Assembly (NCBI GenBank): GCA_017507205.1
Contig: JAFWBH010000095.1
Location: 1-29,390 of the forward strand
Direction of reading: 5' to 3'
From: Clostridia bacterium
GTDB lineage: Bacteria > Bacillota > Clostridia > Christensenellales > CAG-917
DNA: 29,390 nt
Below are positions 1 through 12,000 of this stretch, in pieces. Within the stretch, counting starts at the first letter, position 1; the number at the start of each line of letters is the position of its first letter. Position numbers and translations under genes: made by a program. The notes under the pieces are model-generated. The model had not been told where the DNA came from, did no database searches, and worked only from the letters and a program-made list of their open reading frames with translations.

Positions 1-3000
1 AAGGCCGTGGAAGTTAATCTTGCCAAGGCCAAGACCTGTTGCGTCAATGTAAAGTGAGTCTGCAAAGATCTTGTTTGCGCCGGCTGTTGCTGTCAGCTCA
101 TAGATGTTGCCTGACTTGGTGAGGCCTGTTGAGCCGAGATAGTAGATTGCAAGGAAGCTCTTGCCGGGAAGGATATCATCAATGGTGATGTCAATTGCAA
201 AGTCGCTATACAAGATGCCTGCAATACCCTTTGTGAGAAGTGCTGGCAGGTTGATGTCTGCTTCAACCGACATATTGATTGTGATGGGTCTTTCAGGGAG
301 TGTGATGACAAACTCTGTGTTCTTCAGAAGGTCAATCTCCTTGATGAAGCCAACAATGAGGTTTTCAAGCCAGCCAGTGAATGTTTCATTATAGCCAGCG
401 TCACCCTTCACAAGACCACTTGATGCAATTGACATTGCAATGTCAAGTGTAAGGCTGATTGACTCAATGCCAATTTGACCCGTTGTGATGTTGTATGCTT
501 CTGTGTAAGGAATGATGTATGCGCCGGTTGCACTACGCTCATAATGCTCTTCAACATACATGTATGCTCCATCGTCTGATGTGACATAGTCACCGTCCAC
601 GAGGTTGTAGCGTTGTCCTTCAAAGTCAGCTGTTGCCAATGCGTAATGCGCATCAATCTTGTTGTATCTTTCTCCAACAAACTTGTAGAGGCCACTTGCA
701 TCTTCAACATAGCTGTTGCCACTCTTTGTATATCTTGTTCCCTCATAGCTGACCAGCTCTTCTGCTGTAAGCTCTTGATATCTGTCACCAAGCTCCTTGT
801 GGAGAGCATTTGCGCTGTTGTAGGTGACATAAAGTGCTGATGTGCTGAAGCCAGCCTTCTTGTGCAAGCTGAATGCAAGATCCTTTGTGATTTCTGCTGA
901 TGCGTAGAAGCCTTCACTCATCTTGATGTTGAAGCTTGCAATATAAGGTCTTTCATCCACACCGTCAACAGGTGCATAACCATATGAATCAATCATGATT
1001 TCGCCGAGGTTGGGGATCAAGTTGCCAAGCTCCTTGCCTTGTTCCTCATAAATCTTGTTGATGATTGCATTGATTGTTGCTGTTGACAATGTAAGTGAGA
1101 AGTATTGAGGATGGATCATTGCTTGGAGGAATGCCCAATCATGAAGTGTGAGTCTTGATGCAATAGTGCTTGATGCTGCCATTGCCTCGCTGTCACCCTC
1201 TTCTCCGTTGCCAGCGATTCCACTGATGATGCCATCAATCATTTCACCGAGGCCAAGCTGTCCAAGATAAATCTTGCCAGTTTCGCCAAGGATTGCTGAT
1301 GCGTCAATGTAAACATTGTCGTTGGCGAGATAGATTGCAACGATAGGTTGCTCTGCAATTTCGCCATTCTTGTTGTATTGGAGCACTTCAAGAGCAAGCT
1401 CTGTTGCACCGAAGTTGCTCATGTCGATGTATGCACCCAGTCTGACTTGTGCTGAAGGATATTCCTCACTGCCCATATTGTCTGTAATGTTAAGACGGAG
1501 TGATGAGTCAGACATATCTGTTGAAGGTGACACAAGGCCAAAGACAAGGCTCAAAAGCTCACTCAAATCAATGACGTTGTCCTCTTCGCCAATCTTTGCA
1601 CTGCCGTAGTAGCTGAGGTCCATTGCCATTGTGAGATTGAGTGTTGACTTGGTGATGTCTGCGTAGTCAACAAACTTCTTGCCGTCAACGTCAAGATAAT
1701 CACCATCATCAGATGATGAAATATTCAATGAGTCGCCATTGACGTAGACACCAAGGTCATACATGTTGAAGTTGAGGCTCAAATCACCAATGAGGAGATA
1801 ATCACCTGCTGTTGTCACGTCATATGTTGCTCTGTCTGCAAGCACCTTGTTGCCTGAAAGCTTTTCATATGTATCAACGGGGAGATATCTGTTGCCATCT
1901 GCGCCATTTGATGCATATTTTGTGAGCTTTTCAACTGCGAGATCCTCTGCTGTGAGCTGGACGAAGCCACCTTCGCCGTCTGCGTTGAGGGCGAATGTGT
2001 TTGCATTCTTCTTGAGGTCGCCATCTGCGTCTGCAATATATTGACCATTTCTCAATGCGTAGCGTTGTCCTGTGAAGCCTGCCTCTGCTTGCTCAAATTC
2101 GCTGAACACCTTTTCAAAGGTCTTGCCGTCTGCGTTGAGGGTGTATCTGTCACCTGTCCAGACGCTGTTTGCGTATTCAACAAGTGCATATTTGTCACTT
2201 GACACCATAATATGTGTGCCGTTTTCGTCAACCACATATTCTTCGCCTTGGAGGCTGAACTTCACGCCGTTATATGCGTATTTGCCCACTTCCTCGAAGG
2301 CTTCGTAGCCGACCACAAAGCCCATATTGATGCCGATTGAGGGTGCGCCACCACCAAGGTTGATGATAAGACCACTTGTGTTTGCATCGTCTGTGATTTC
2401 AAGCTTGGGCAGATAGTCTGCACCGTCAAAGTCCTCTGCGATCATTCCAACAAGGTCAACAAGGAGATTATCCTTGAGTCCGACTGCGATGATGTCGTGT
2501 CCGAAGAGAACTTGACCGAGGATCATTTCAACAATGCCGAAGAGATCTGCAGGAATGATGCCGGTGTTGCTGTCTGTGCCTTCAACACCAAGAGTGTCAA
2601 GAGCAAGGGTGTCTGCACTTGCAAGTGCTTCGCCACCGACATTCTTGATGATAGGTGCAAGGTCAAGACCTTCAAATTTAACCTTGTTGAAGAAGTCGCC
2701 GAGGCCGACAACCTTGTTAAGCTCTTCAAGGTTCATATAGAGATTGAGTTTGCCGTCATTGTCAACATTCATCCAAATTTCAATGGTTGCGTTTTCATTG
2801 AAGTAGTTTGTTGTGCAGGTGACGTTGAGATAGAGCTCAAGTCCCTTGATTGCATCAATGATTTCACCACCATTCATGACATAGTCAAGGAGATTTTGGA
2901 CGTTGACCATTGCCTTCATATCAATGACAAGACCAATGTTCGCACCAAAGTTGCCGTTGTCCCAATCTGTTGATGCAAGAACAAAGTCAAAGTAATCATA

Positions 3001-6000
3001 AAGCTCTGTTGAGAGGAAGCTTGTCATCTGCTCTGTCCAGTTGATGACGTCAGAGAGCTTAAGCTCAACTGACATGGACATGTCAAGCTCAACAGTGTCA
3101 AGATCGCCAAGGAGCTTCATGATGTCAACATCTCCACCTGACAGCAATGCGCTGAGGTCAACACTCATGATTGTGTTGTAATCGGTGAAGTCGTCAACAA
3201 TCTTGTAGTAGGTCTTTGTATTGTCAAGTCCTGTTGCAATGCCGTTTGCATCGTATGCTACCTCTTGGAAGTTGCTGTCGCTGAGGTCTGCATACTTGGG
3301 TGCTTCCTCTGTGCCGTTGTAGACATAAAGTGCGCCACTTTGGTTCTTGTCCCATGCAGGCACATAGTATTTGGTTATAACAGGATAATCCTTGTATACA
3401 CTGATATATCTTGAATAGATTGAAGTTGCCTTGGGTGAAATTTCAATGTGGGTGAATTCTGCAGGATTTTCTGCAACCACTGCTTCACCACCAACAATGT
3501 TGTAGCGTCTTGCAGGCTCAACAAATTCCATTGTGCCACTGATTGTGATGTTGCTGACAACATAATCCTTGTCGGTGATGTTCCAGCAGTTCATCATATC
3601 AATGTAATGCTCCTTGCTGATGACAACATTGAACACTGAGTCGTTGTTGACCTTTGCAAGCTGTGCATCTGCTCTTGTGTAAACAAGGATGCCCTCTGCC
3701 ACTGCATCTTCAAATTCTGCTTCTGTGTAGATTTCAGTTGCCTTTACATAATACTTGCGATATGTATGGTGGACACCATTGCCAACCTCAACTGCATCCT
3801 CGGGGATAACCTTGCCGTCTGCTTTAAGCTCGCCAATTGCATCGCCGATTCTCACATATGCGTCCTCATACTCTGCTTCTCTGTTTTGGACAAAGTTGCC
3901 GTAGTAGAACACGTGGTTGTCTGCCACATCGCCGTCTGTTTCAATGCTACCCTTGTAGATTTCAATTCTCGTGTTGAAATCTTCCATTGTGCCAAAGTCA
4001 ATTGCTGAGCTGTTTTCATTGCCGTTGAACAATTGCATTTCAAGGCCCAATGTAAGAATGCCCTTTGTGCCGTCCTCGTTGTAGAGGTTGATTTCAACGC
4101 CTGTTGAATAGGGGTTGAGATTGACATTGACCTTTGCGTCAAAGTTGGGGAGCATTTCTCCAAGATCAACACCAAGAAGCTGCATAAGCACTTCAACAAA
4201 GCCCTTTGTGATTGCAAGTGAGAGCTTTCTTGTATAGATGTTGATGTAAACGCCTGCAAGTGCAGGATTTGCTGTCACGTCAACAAGACCCTCTGCATCT
4301 GCTGCTGCGCTTGCTTCACTGCCACCACCAAGTGCGATTTCACCTGAAAGAATGCCTGCTATAAGTGCTTCAATTGAGTATGCACTCATATTCACTGCAA
4401 ATCTTGCGCCTTCACCAAGCATCCATGAGAGGTCAAGGTAAAGTGCTGCATCGCCAGTGTCGATGTCGTGGTTGTAATAGATGCCAATCATATGGGTGAG
4501 AGTGCCGTCTGCATGGTTTGCACCATCGTTCTCTCTGCGCCAGACATCCATTGCAAGATCAAGGTCAAAGATGTTGAGGACGATTTCAGGCTTCCAGTCA
4601 ATACGATATGAGATGTTGATCTTCACTTCAAAGACCAATTCACCTGTGAAGCCTTCAAGGACTCTGATCATTGATTCATCAAGGTCACCGACAATGCCAC
4701 CGAGGACTGCGCCAAGTGATTCCTCAACGCCTGTTGAATAAAGGACATACTTGCCTTCATTGTCTTGGACATAGTTGCCTTGTTCAAGTCTATAACGGAG
4801 TGAAGGATCAATGTCTGCTTCGGTGATGTGGTTGCCAGTCATATTGACAAGGTCAATGTAGTCTGCAACAGTCATATAATCGTTGTAGCCTGTCACTGAA
4901 ATACTGCCACGAATTGTCAATGAAATGAAGAACATATCATCACTGTCAACATAGTTGATTGAGTCTGCATCCTCTCTGTAAAGGGCAATTCTGTTGAATC
5001 TTTCTGCAGTTGAGTCAATCTTGTTTGCATCCTCAAAGTCACCTGCTGTGAAATAGGTTGCAAGATATGTGCTGACAGGCATATATGATCTTGTCCAATC
5101 ATCGTATGCGTAAAGCTCTGTTTCTTCCTCTGTGAAGCGAACAAGCTTGCCGTCCTCATAGAGTGCCTTCACGTCTACATCTGAAAGTGTGCTTTCAAGG
5201 ACGAATGCGTTTGTCTTCCAGTTCCAGACATAATTGCGTGCGCCATCCTCAAGAACAAGCTCCATCTTGCCTGTTGCTCTTGAAATGACGTTTTCAACTG
5301 TTGCACGTTGATAGTATTGTGTGCCAGCAGGCTCTGTGCCGTCTGCACGGACATAGCTGTCACGATATTTGACTTGCTTGTAGAGCTTGCTTGCTGTGAT
5401 TTCTTCAAAGCGTGTAAGTCCCTTGTCTGTCAATTCAATGTGAATGTAGAATTCACGATCTGATGACACAAAGTCAACCATTTGACCACCAGCAAAGTCC
5501 ACTGTTGTGTAAACGCTTGTGACAGGCACGTGCTTGCCGTTGGCGTCAACAACATAAAGTGATGTGCTGTTGATTTCGTAGTATTCTCCTTGATAGTAAT
5601 AATAACGGAGATTGTCATAGTAGTTGCCGACGATTGCAATGCCGTCTGCTGTTGTGCCAACGGGGCTATCAAGTCCGACAATCCACTCATCCTTTGTATC
5701 CACACTGCCCACGTAGGTGTAAGCAACCTCAGGAACAATATAGTATCTGTCGCCACTGGGAGTATTTTCATCTGCAAGCTCGTAGTTGAATTCCTCAACT
5801 GAGATTTCAGGGAATCCAATGTTGACACCGATTTCATAATCCCAGAGATAGACCATAACTGACACGAGAGGCTTTCTTGCGTATGCAACAGGATTTGCAA
5901 CAAGCATATCTGCTTCGTCTACTGCTGTGAATGTGTAGAATTCATTGTCAAGTGATGAGTCGAAGCTGGCTGTCATATATCTGCCACCACCTGCATGGTA

Positions 6001-9000
6001 GTAAGCACCCTCATAATTGGTTGTGTCAGCCTTGGTGTAATACTTGAAGAATTCACCACTCTTTTCTGCTCTTTCCTTTTCAATTGCAGTTGCCTTTGAA
6101 AGCTCTTGATAGTAGTGACCGGTTGCTGTCAAGACCTTGATGTATGAGTCATATGCCTTGATTGAGTAATATTCGCCAGTGTATGCTTCAAGCTCTGCAT
6201 CTGTAAGGTCTGCCTTTGACATATAGACACCATTGACAAACACATATGTGCCATCAAGTGCGCCTTCTTCAAGGTAGAATCTCATGTCAGAGTTGCTTCC
6301 CTCTGCTGTCAATGCACTTTCATACTCATAGACTGCTCTGTCTGTGTTCAGTTGGAGATAAGGCTCCTTTGTAAAGTCGTTTTCGTTGAATTCAAGACCT
6401 GTGTCTGAATTTGCAAAGACCAGTGAAAGGATTTCATTTATAAAGTTGCTGTTGACAACGATTTGGACAAAGGTTGATGTCATTCTGACTCCAACGAGGA
6501 ATGCAGTCACATAGCCTGCAAGGTCATCGTTGAGGAGAGGAAGTGCGTTGTCAAGTGTATCGCCAATGCCAGCAAGTGAGTCGGTGATGCCGTCTGCTGC
6601 TTGTGCTTCGCTGTCGCCACCGAGGATGCCACCGAGAAGTCCACCAAGGACATCTTCAACCTCACCCTTGTGATCGTTAACGGTGCTACGGATTGAATCG
6701 CTGTTGACGTAGAAGCTGGGCATATTGAGGCCACTGAGGTCAAGGAAGAATCCACCTCTGACTCTCTTGTAATCGCCATTGGGGTTTGAATAGAAATACG
6801 TTGCATCGTATGCATAGCGAGTTCTGCCCACCTCATTGTGTTCAGGATCGTATGCAAATGTGCCTGTCAATGTATCGTAATAGTAGTTGCCATTTTCATT
6901 TTCAAAGTAATGGCTATAACGATATTCAGGTGCAACATAGTTGGCTGTGCCGTTGATTCTTTCATCTGCTGAAAGCTCTTCATAAGCACCACTTTCCATA
7001 TAGATACCCACGAGGGTGTGTGTATCTGAAATGACACGCTTACCGTTTGAATCAACAACAAGTCTGTCTGCTGTTGTTTGGACAATCAGTGATGCGTTGA
7101 AGAATGAGAGGACTTCACCAAGATTAATGGCGTCAAGATTTTGGACTGCGCCCATAATGACATTGATAAGCTCTTCAATGCCCATTTCTCCATTGATGTT
7201 GTCTGAAATGTCCTCATTGAAGCCATATTGACGCAGATAGTTGATGAGTGCACCGAGCTTGACCTCTACTGAGAGGACAACCTCAATCTTGCGTGCCACG
7301 TCACCTTCGGTGTCTGATGTTGCGCTGATGATTGCCTTCAAATCATCTGCATCCATTTGAGGGAAGAGCCATTCAAGGACTGCTGTCATATCAATGTCAC
7401 TGCCCTTGACAAATCTTGTTGTAAGATCAATTGATTCTGTGAGGACAAGTCTGTCAATTTCTGTGACCTCTGTGTATTCCTTCAAATCCTCTGCTGTAAG
7501 GTGATATTCATGCTCTGATGTGAACTTGACATCAACACCTCTCACTGCCACGAGGAGATTTACTGCTGTGTCATATTCATTCATATTGCCTGCGCCATCA
7601 TCTTCACGGTTGAAGTAGATTGTGCCAGATGCATCGTCCTCTGTTGCTTTTTCACGGACGTAGACTGTTGAAGGTCTTACTGCATCGGGTGCAAGTGCTG
7701 TGAAGGTGTTGCCCTTTTCAACATAGAGCTGTCTGTTCTTGTGATCGGGATTGCTTGCGCTGTAAAGGACAAAGTGATATGAGCCTTCAATTCCATTGTC
7801 AAGATCCTCATATGTGGGCTTTGCAACGGGGATATAACGGCTGCCTTCCATCATAAGCTTGACATTCATGTCAAGGCTCAATGAGTCATCAAATGCCATG
7901 TCAACCTGTGCTGATGCAAGAATCTTGTCTGTGATGTATTTGTCAAGGTCAAGACCTTCAACAAACATATCAATCAAGCCCTTGATGAGCTTGTTGCCGA
8001 TTGCGATTGTAAGCTGTCTTCTGCTGATGAGAAGGAGTGCGTCTGCATCTTCATCCTCAAGAGGTGATGCTGTCATTGCTTCACTTTCTGCATCTCCCTT
8101 GGGAAGCTCATTTTCTGTGTAGATGTCCTCATCAAGAAGTCCACCAAGTGTTTCTTCCATAAGGTTGGTGAGGATAGGTGTTGTGACGCTAATCTTGGGG
8201 ATGTTGAAGTAAGGTGCATCAAGGAAGAATTTGCCACCGAGGTAGTAAACACCAATCCAGAGATTGTCTGCACCTGTTTCTGAAATGTTGAAGATTTCAA
8301 TTGCAATTTCACTATTTGCAAGCTCTGCAAAGTCAGCAATCACTGACACATCCATACGGAAGTGTGCTGATGAATAGCCCTTTGAGGTTTCAGGCATTTC
8401 AAGGCTGATGCCTTGGATGTTGCCGAGAATGTTTGCAAAGATTGTGCCAAGGTCAAGCTCACCTTCGGTGATGCCAAGGTCAATTTCAATTGATGACTTG
8501 ATTGTGACGGCTGACTCATAGAAGTATGTGACAGGCACCTCTTCTGAGCCATTGATGACATAGTCGGGTGTCAAAGGCTTGCTTTGTCCACCAATCTTGA
8601 TGTCAAGGCCACCAATGCCAAAGCCAATTGTTGTTTGGTTGACGGTCAAATCAAGACCAAATGTGAAATCTTTGATTTCAGCGAATGACTTAATGTGACG
8701 ATAGTATTCGCCATTTGCATCAATGACGTAGCCTTGATAACGATCTGCAAAGCCTTGAACCTCAACAAATCTGCCACCACGACGGATGTAATAGGTTTCA
8801 TTTGCATCGTAATGATCTGCAACGTCCTCTGGTGCAACAACGCTGTAGCTGTCGCCGTTCTTGACGTAGAGAGGATATCTTTCTGCGTCAAAGTATTCGT
8901 AATTTGTGACACCATCTGTTTCGCCAACTGCAAGCTTTGCATATCTGCCATCGTAGCTGTTGTCGATCCATGTGATTTCATCGTAGTATGTATATCTCTC

Positions 9001-12000
9001 ATTCAAGGGGAGAATGAGGGTGTAGATATCCTTTTCTGCATTGACATCTTCAAGAAGGATTGTCTTGTGCTTATACACTGCATCTGCTCCGGTGCCTTCT
9101 GCAAATGTGACATCATACCTCACTGCGTCTTGAGGAACGATTGTTGCCTTTGTGATGTAGATATAATGATCAACACCACCAACTGTTTGCTTGAAGTAGT
9201 CGCCTTCGGCGTTTTCAACTGCTTCTGCCACTGCATATCTGGTGTCAACAATCTTGTCAAGATCAAGATTTTCAATTCTGTCGTAATCAAATCTGCCCAA
9301 ATCGCCTGCCAATGAAACCTCAAGGCTGTCGAAGATTTCTGTGATTGTGCCAAGGCTGGGTGCCAATGCTGAAATGATCACTGAAAGGAGTGTCTTGCTG
9401 ATGAGGATTTGACCTGCTGTGTCTGAATACATCAGTGCAAGCACTGCATCTCTTTCTTGGTCTGCCTCTGAGCTTGATGCCATTGCTTCGCCATTGCCCT
9501 CGGCTGATGTTGCGACAGTGCCGTCACCACCCATTGCAAGACTCATTGCAAGCTCGATGAAGTTGGGTATCTTTGTGTATGATGATGAGAGATCATAGAT
9601 GCCTGTGCCGTCAATGTAGAGGTCACCTCTGTAAAGGTAAATGCCACCCATTGCAACAAAGTCACCATTTTCATCTCTGACAGGTGTGCCCTTGTCATCT
9701 GTTTCAAGAAGCTCAAATGCAAATTCAACTGTGTCTAGGTCGCTTGTTGCAAGGAAGTCTGCAATCATTGCAGTTGTATCCTCGCCACCGGCAAGAATTC
9801 TGCCAATATTCAATGCGCCAAGGTCGCCTTGCAATGAAATGCGTGCTGCAACGCCGTCATGGAATGCACCGGTTGTCTTTGCCTTGATGACCATATCTGC
9901 AAGGTAGTTTTCAACAAGACCACCAAGCTCAAGGGTGTCAACATCTTCGCTGTCAAAGTTGATCATAATGTTCAAGCCAAGGCCAAGAGTCTTTGTGCTT
10001 TGGTTTTCATCCATAGGATACTTTTCAGGGTCGATGATTGACATCAAAAGGTCAATGTATGATGAGATATCTGTGAAATCGTTGATATCTTGAGGTGAAA
10101 GGACAGGATTTTCTTCTTCTGCCACCTCGAGAATGAGGCCAGCACCCATCTTCACTGTCATGCCAGTGCCGGACACTGTGCTGAGATTCATTGTGAGAGT
10201 GTGCTTGTTGTCCATTGTTGCATCGTTCAGCTTGATGAAGATGCCACTTTCGCTTTCATCAAGGTTGAACATGTCAAGACGGACCTCTTGTCCTGTGATG
10301 AGTGATGCGATGTCTGCAATAAGTGTTGAGTTGACAAGGACATCAATGCCGTCAAACTTGTTATACCAGAACTCGTCACCCTCTTCGAAGGGCTTGCCAC
10401 CCATGCCCATTGCAGTGCTTCTGATGATGATGCGCTTGATGAACTTGTTGAGATAGTCAACAATGCCAGGTGCTGTTGCTTCTTCCTCATCTGCAGCAGG
10501 CTGTGCCTCGCTGTCGCCACCCAATGCACCAAGTGCGTTGAGGAGTGAGAGAAGGTCAAATCTGACTTGAGGACCTGCAAAGTCGCCAAGGTCAAGGTAA
10601 AGGTTGCCATCTACAAGGTAGATGCCAAATGTCACTTCACTGTCGCCTTCGCCACTGTTGAAGGTCATTTCAACTGCCAATTCAAGTGCGCTGAGGATTG
10701 TTTCAACATCAAAGTTGAAGTTTTCAAATTCAAGCTTTGTAAGAAGATCGCTGACTCCAAGCTTTGCAAGGTCAACATTGCCCCAAACACGCAGAATCAT
10801 TGTTTCGTTGATGGGGTCGTTGAGATACATTTCAAGGCCAAGTCTGTCAATGAGTGCTCCAACAAGATTCCTCACAATACCTTCGTCAAGGCCAGAGATG
10901 AGGTCTTGCACTGCGTCAAGGCTGAATATACTTTCAATGATGTCGCTATACACAAGAGGATTCTTGATATACAAGCCGTTGGGGTCTTGTGCATATCTGC
11001 CGTCTGATTCACGGAGTGAATATCTTTCATCATCGCCATAGAGCTTTGCAGTTGCTTCATCAACAAGGATGTATGTTTCATCAAAGTTGAATTGCATTTC
11101 AACTTCCATATTGAATGCAACATTTTGGTTGGATGCAAAATTGTTGAATCTGTCAACACCATTGTCGCCACCAACATATTTGTAATATGTTGTGCCATTT
11201 TCAAGAGTGCCGGTGAAACGGACAAATGCACCATCTTCCTTGATGAAAATCATATCATTTTCTGTGTTGATATCGCCAAATTCCGACTCATCAACAACAG
11301 TGTAGTTCAATTCGTTTTGATAGTGATAAATTCCGTCATCAAGTCTTGCTGACACAGAGTCAAGATGCTCTGCTGCAATTCTGGGATTACGGACATAGAT
11401 TGATGCGTTGAACACGTCACTTGCAAAGTCAAATGTAAGTGATGTTGTATCAAAATCAACCTCAAAGTTAAGCTCGATGCCAAGATCGGGGAGCTTCTTC
11501 ACTGACTCGCTGATGTCAATGTCGCCAAGGATTGATTCACCCTCATCCTTTGACATTGCAAGGTCAATGACAAATGCAAGAATGCCAACAAGTGTTTGTT
11601 GTGTAATTGAGAGAGCAAGCTTGTCGCTGGCAAGTGCAAGGACAACCTCAAGTGCTTCTTCACTTGCTGTCTTGACCTCTTCGCTTGCTGCAGATGCTTC
11701 GCTATCCTCTTCTGTTGAGCCAAAAATTGATGCGATTGTGTCAATAAGCCACTTTGAAATGCCTGTATTCTCAACAACAAAGTCCTTTTCTGACAAAATG
11801 CCCATATCAACATAGAGGCTTCTGCCACGGAGATAAATGCCAAGGACGGTGCTGTCTGCTGTTGCATTTGAGCCGGCAACAAGGTTCTTGATTTCAATCA
11901 TCAATTCTGTTTCTTCAGGATTGTCAAGTGAAAGGTTGCCTGCAATGAGAAGCTCAACGTCAAGAAGCATATCTTTTTCAATTTCAACGCCAATTGCAAG

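Noticed and set aside
4094-4740. Exact 17-nt duplication TCAACGCCTGTTGAATA (YSTGVE) at 4094-4110 and 4724-4740, with an internal inverted repeat
   Set aside because: Only two copies, at non-equivalent structural positions, in a gene with strong codon bias; no recombinase nearby. Probably chance.
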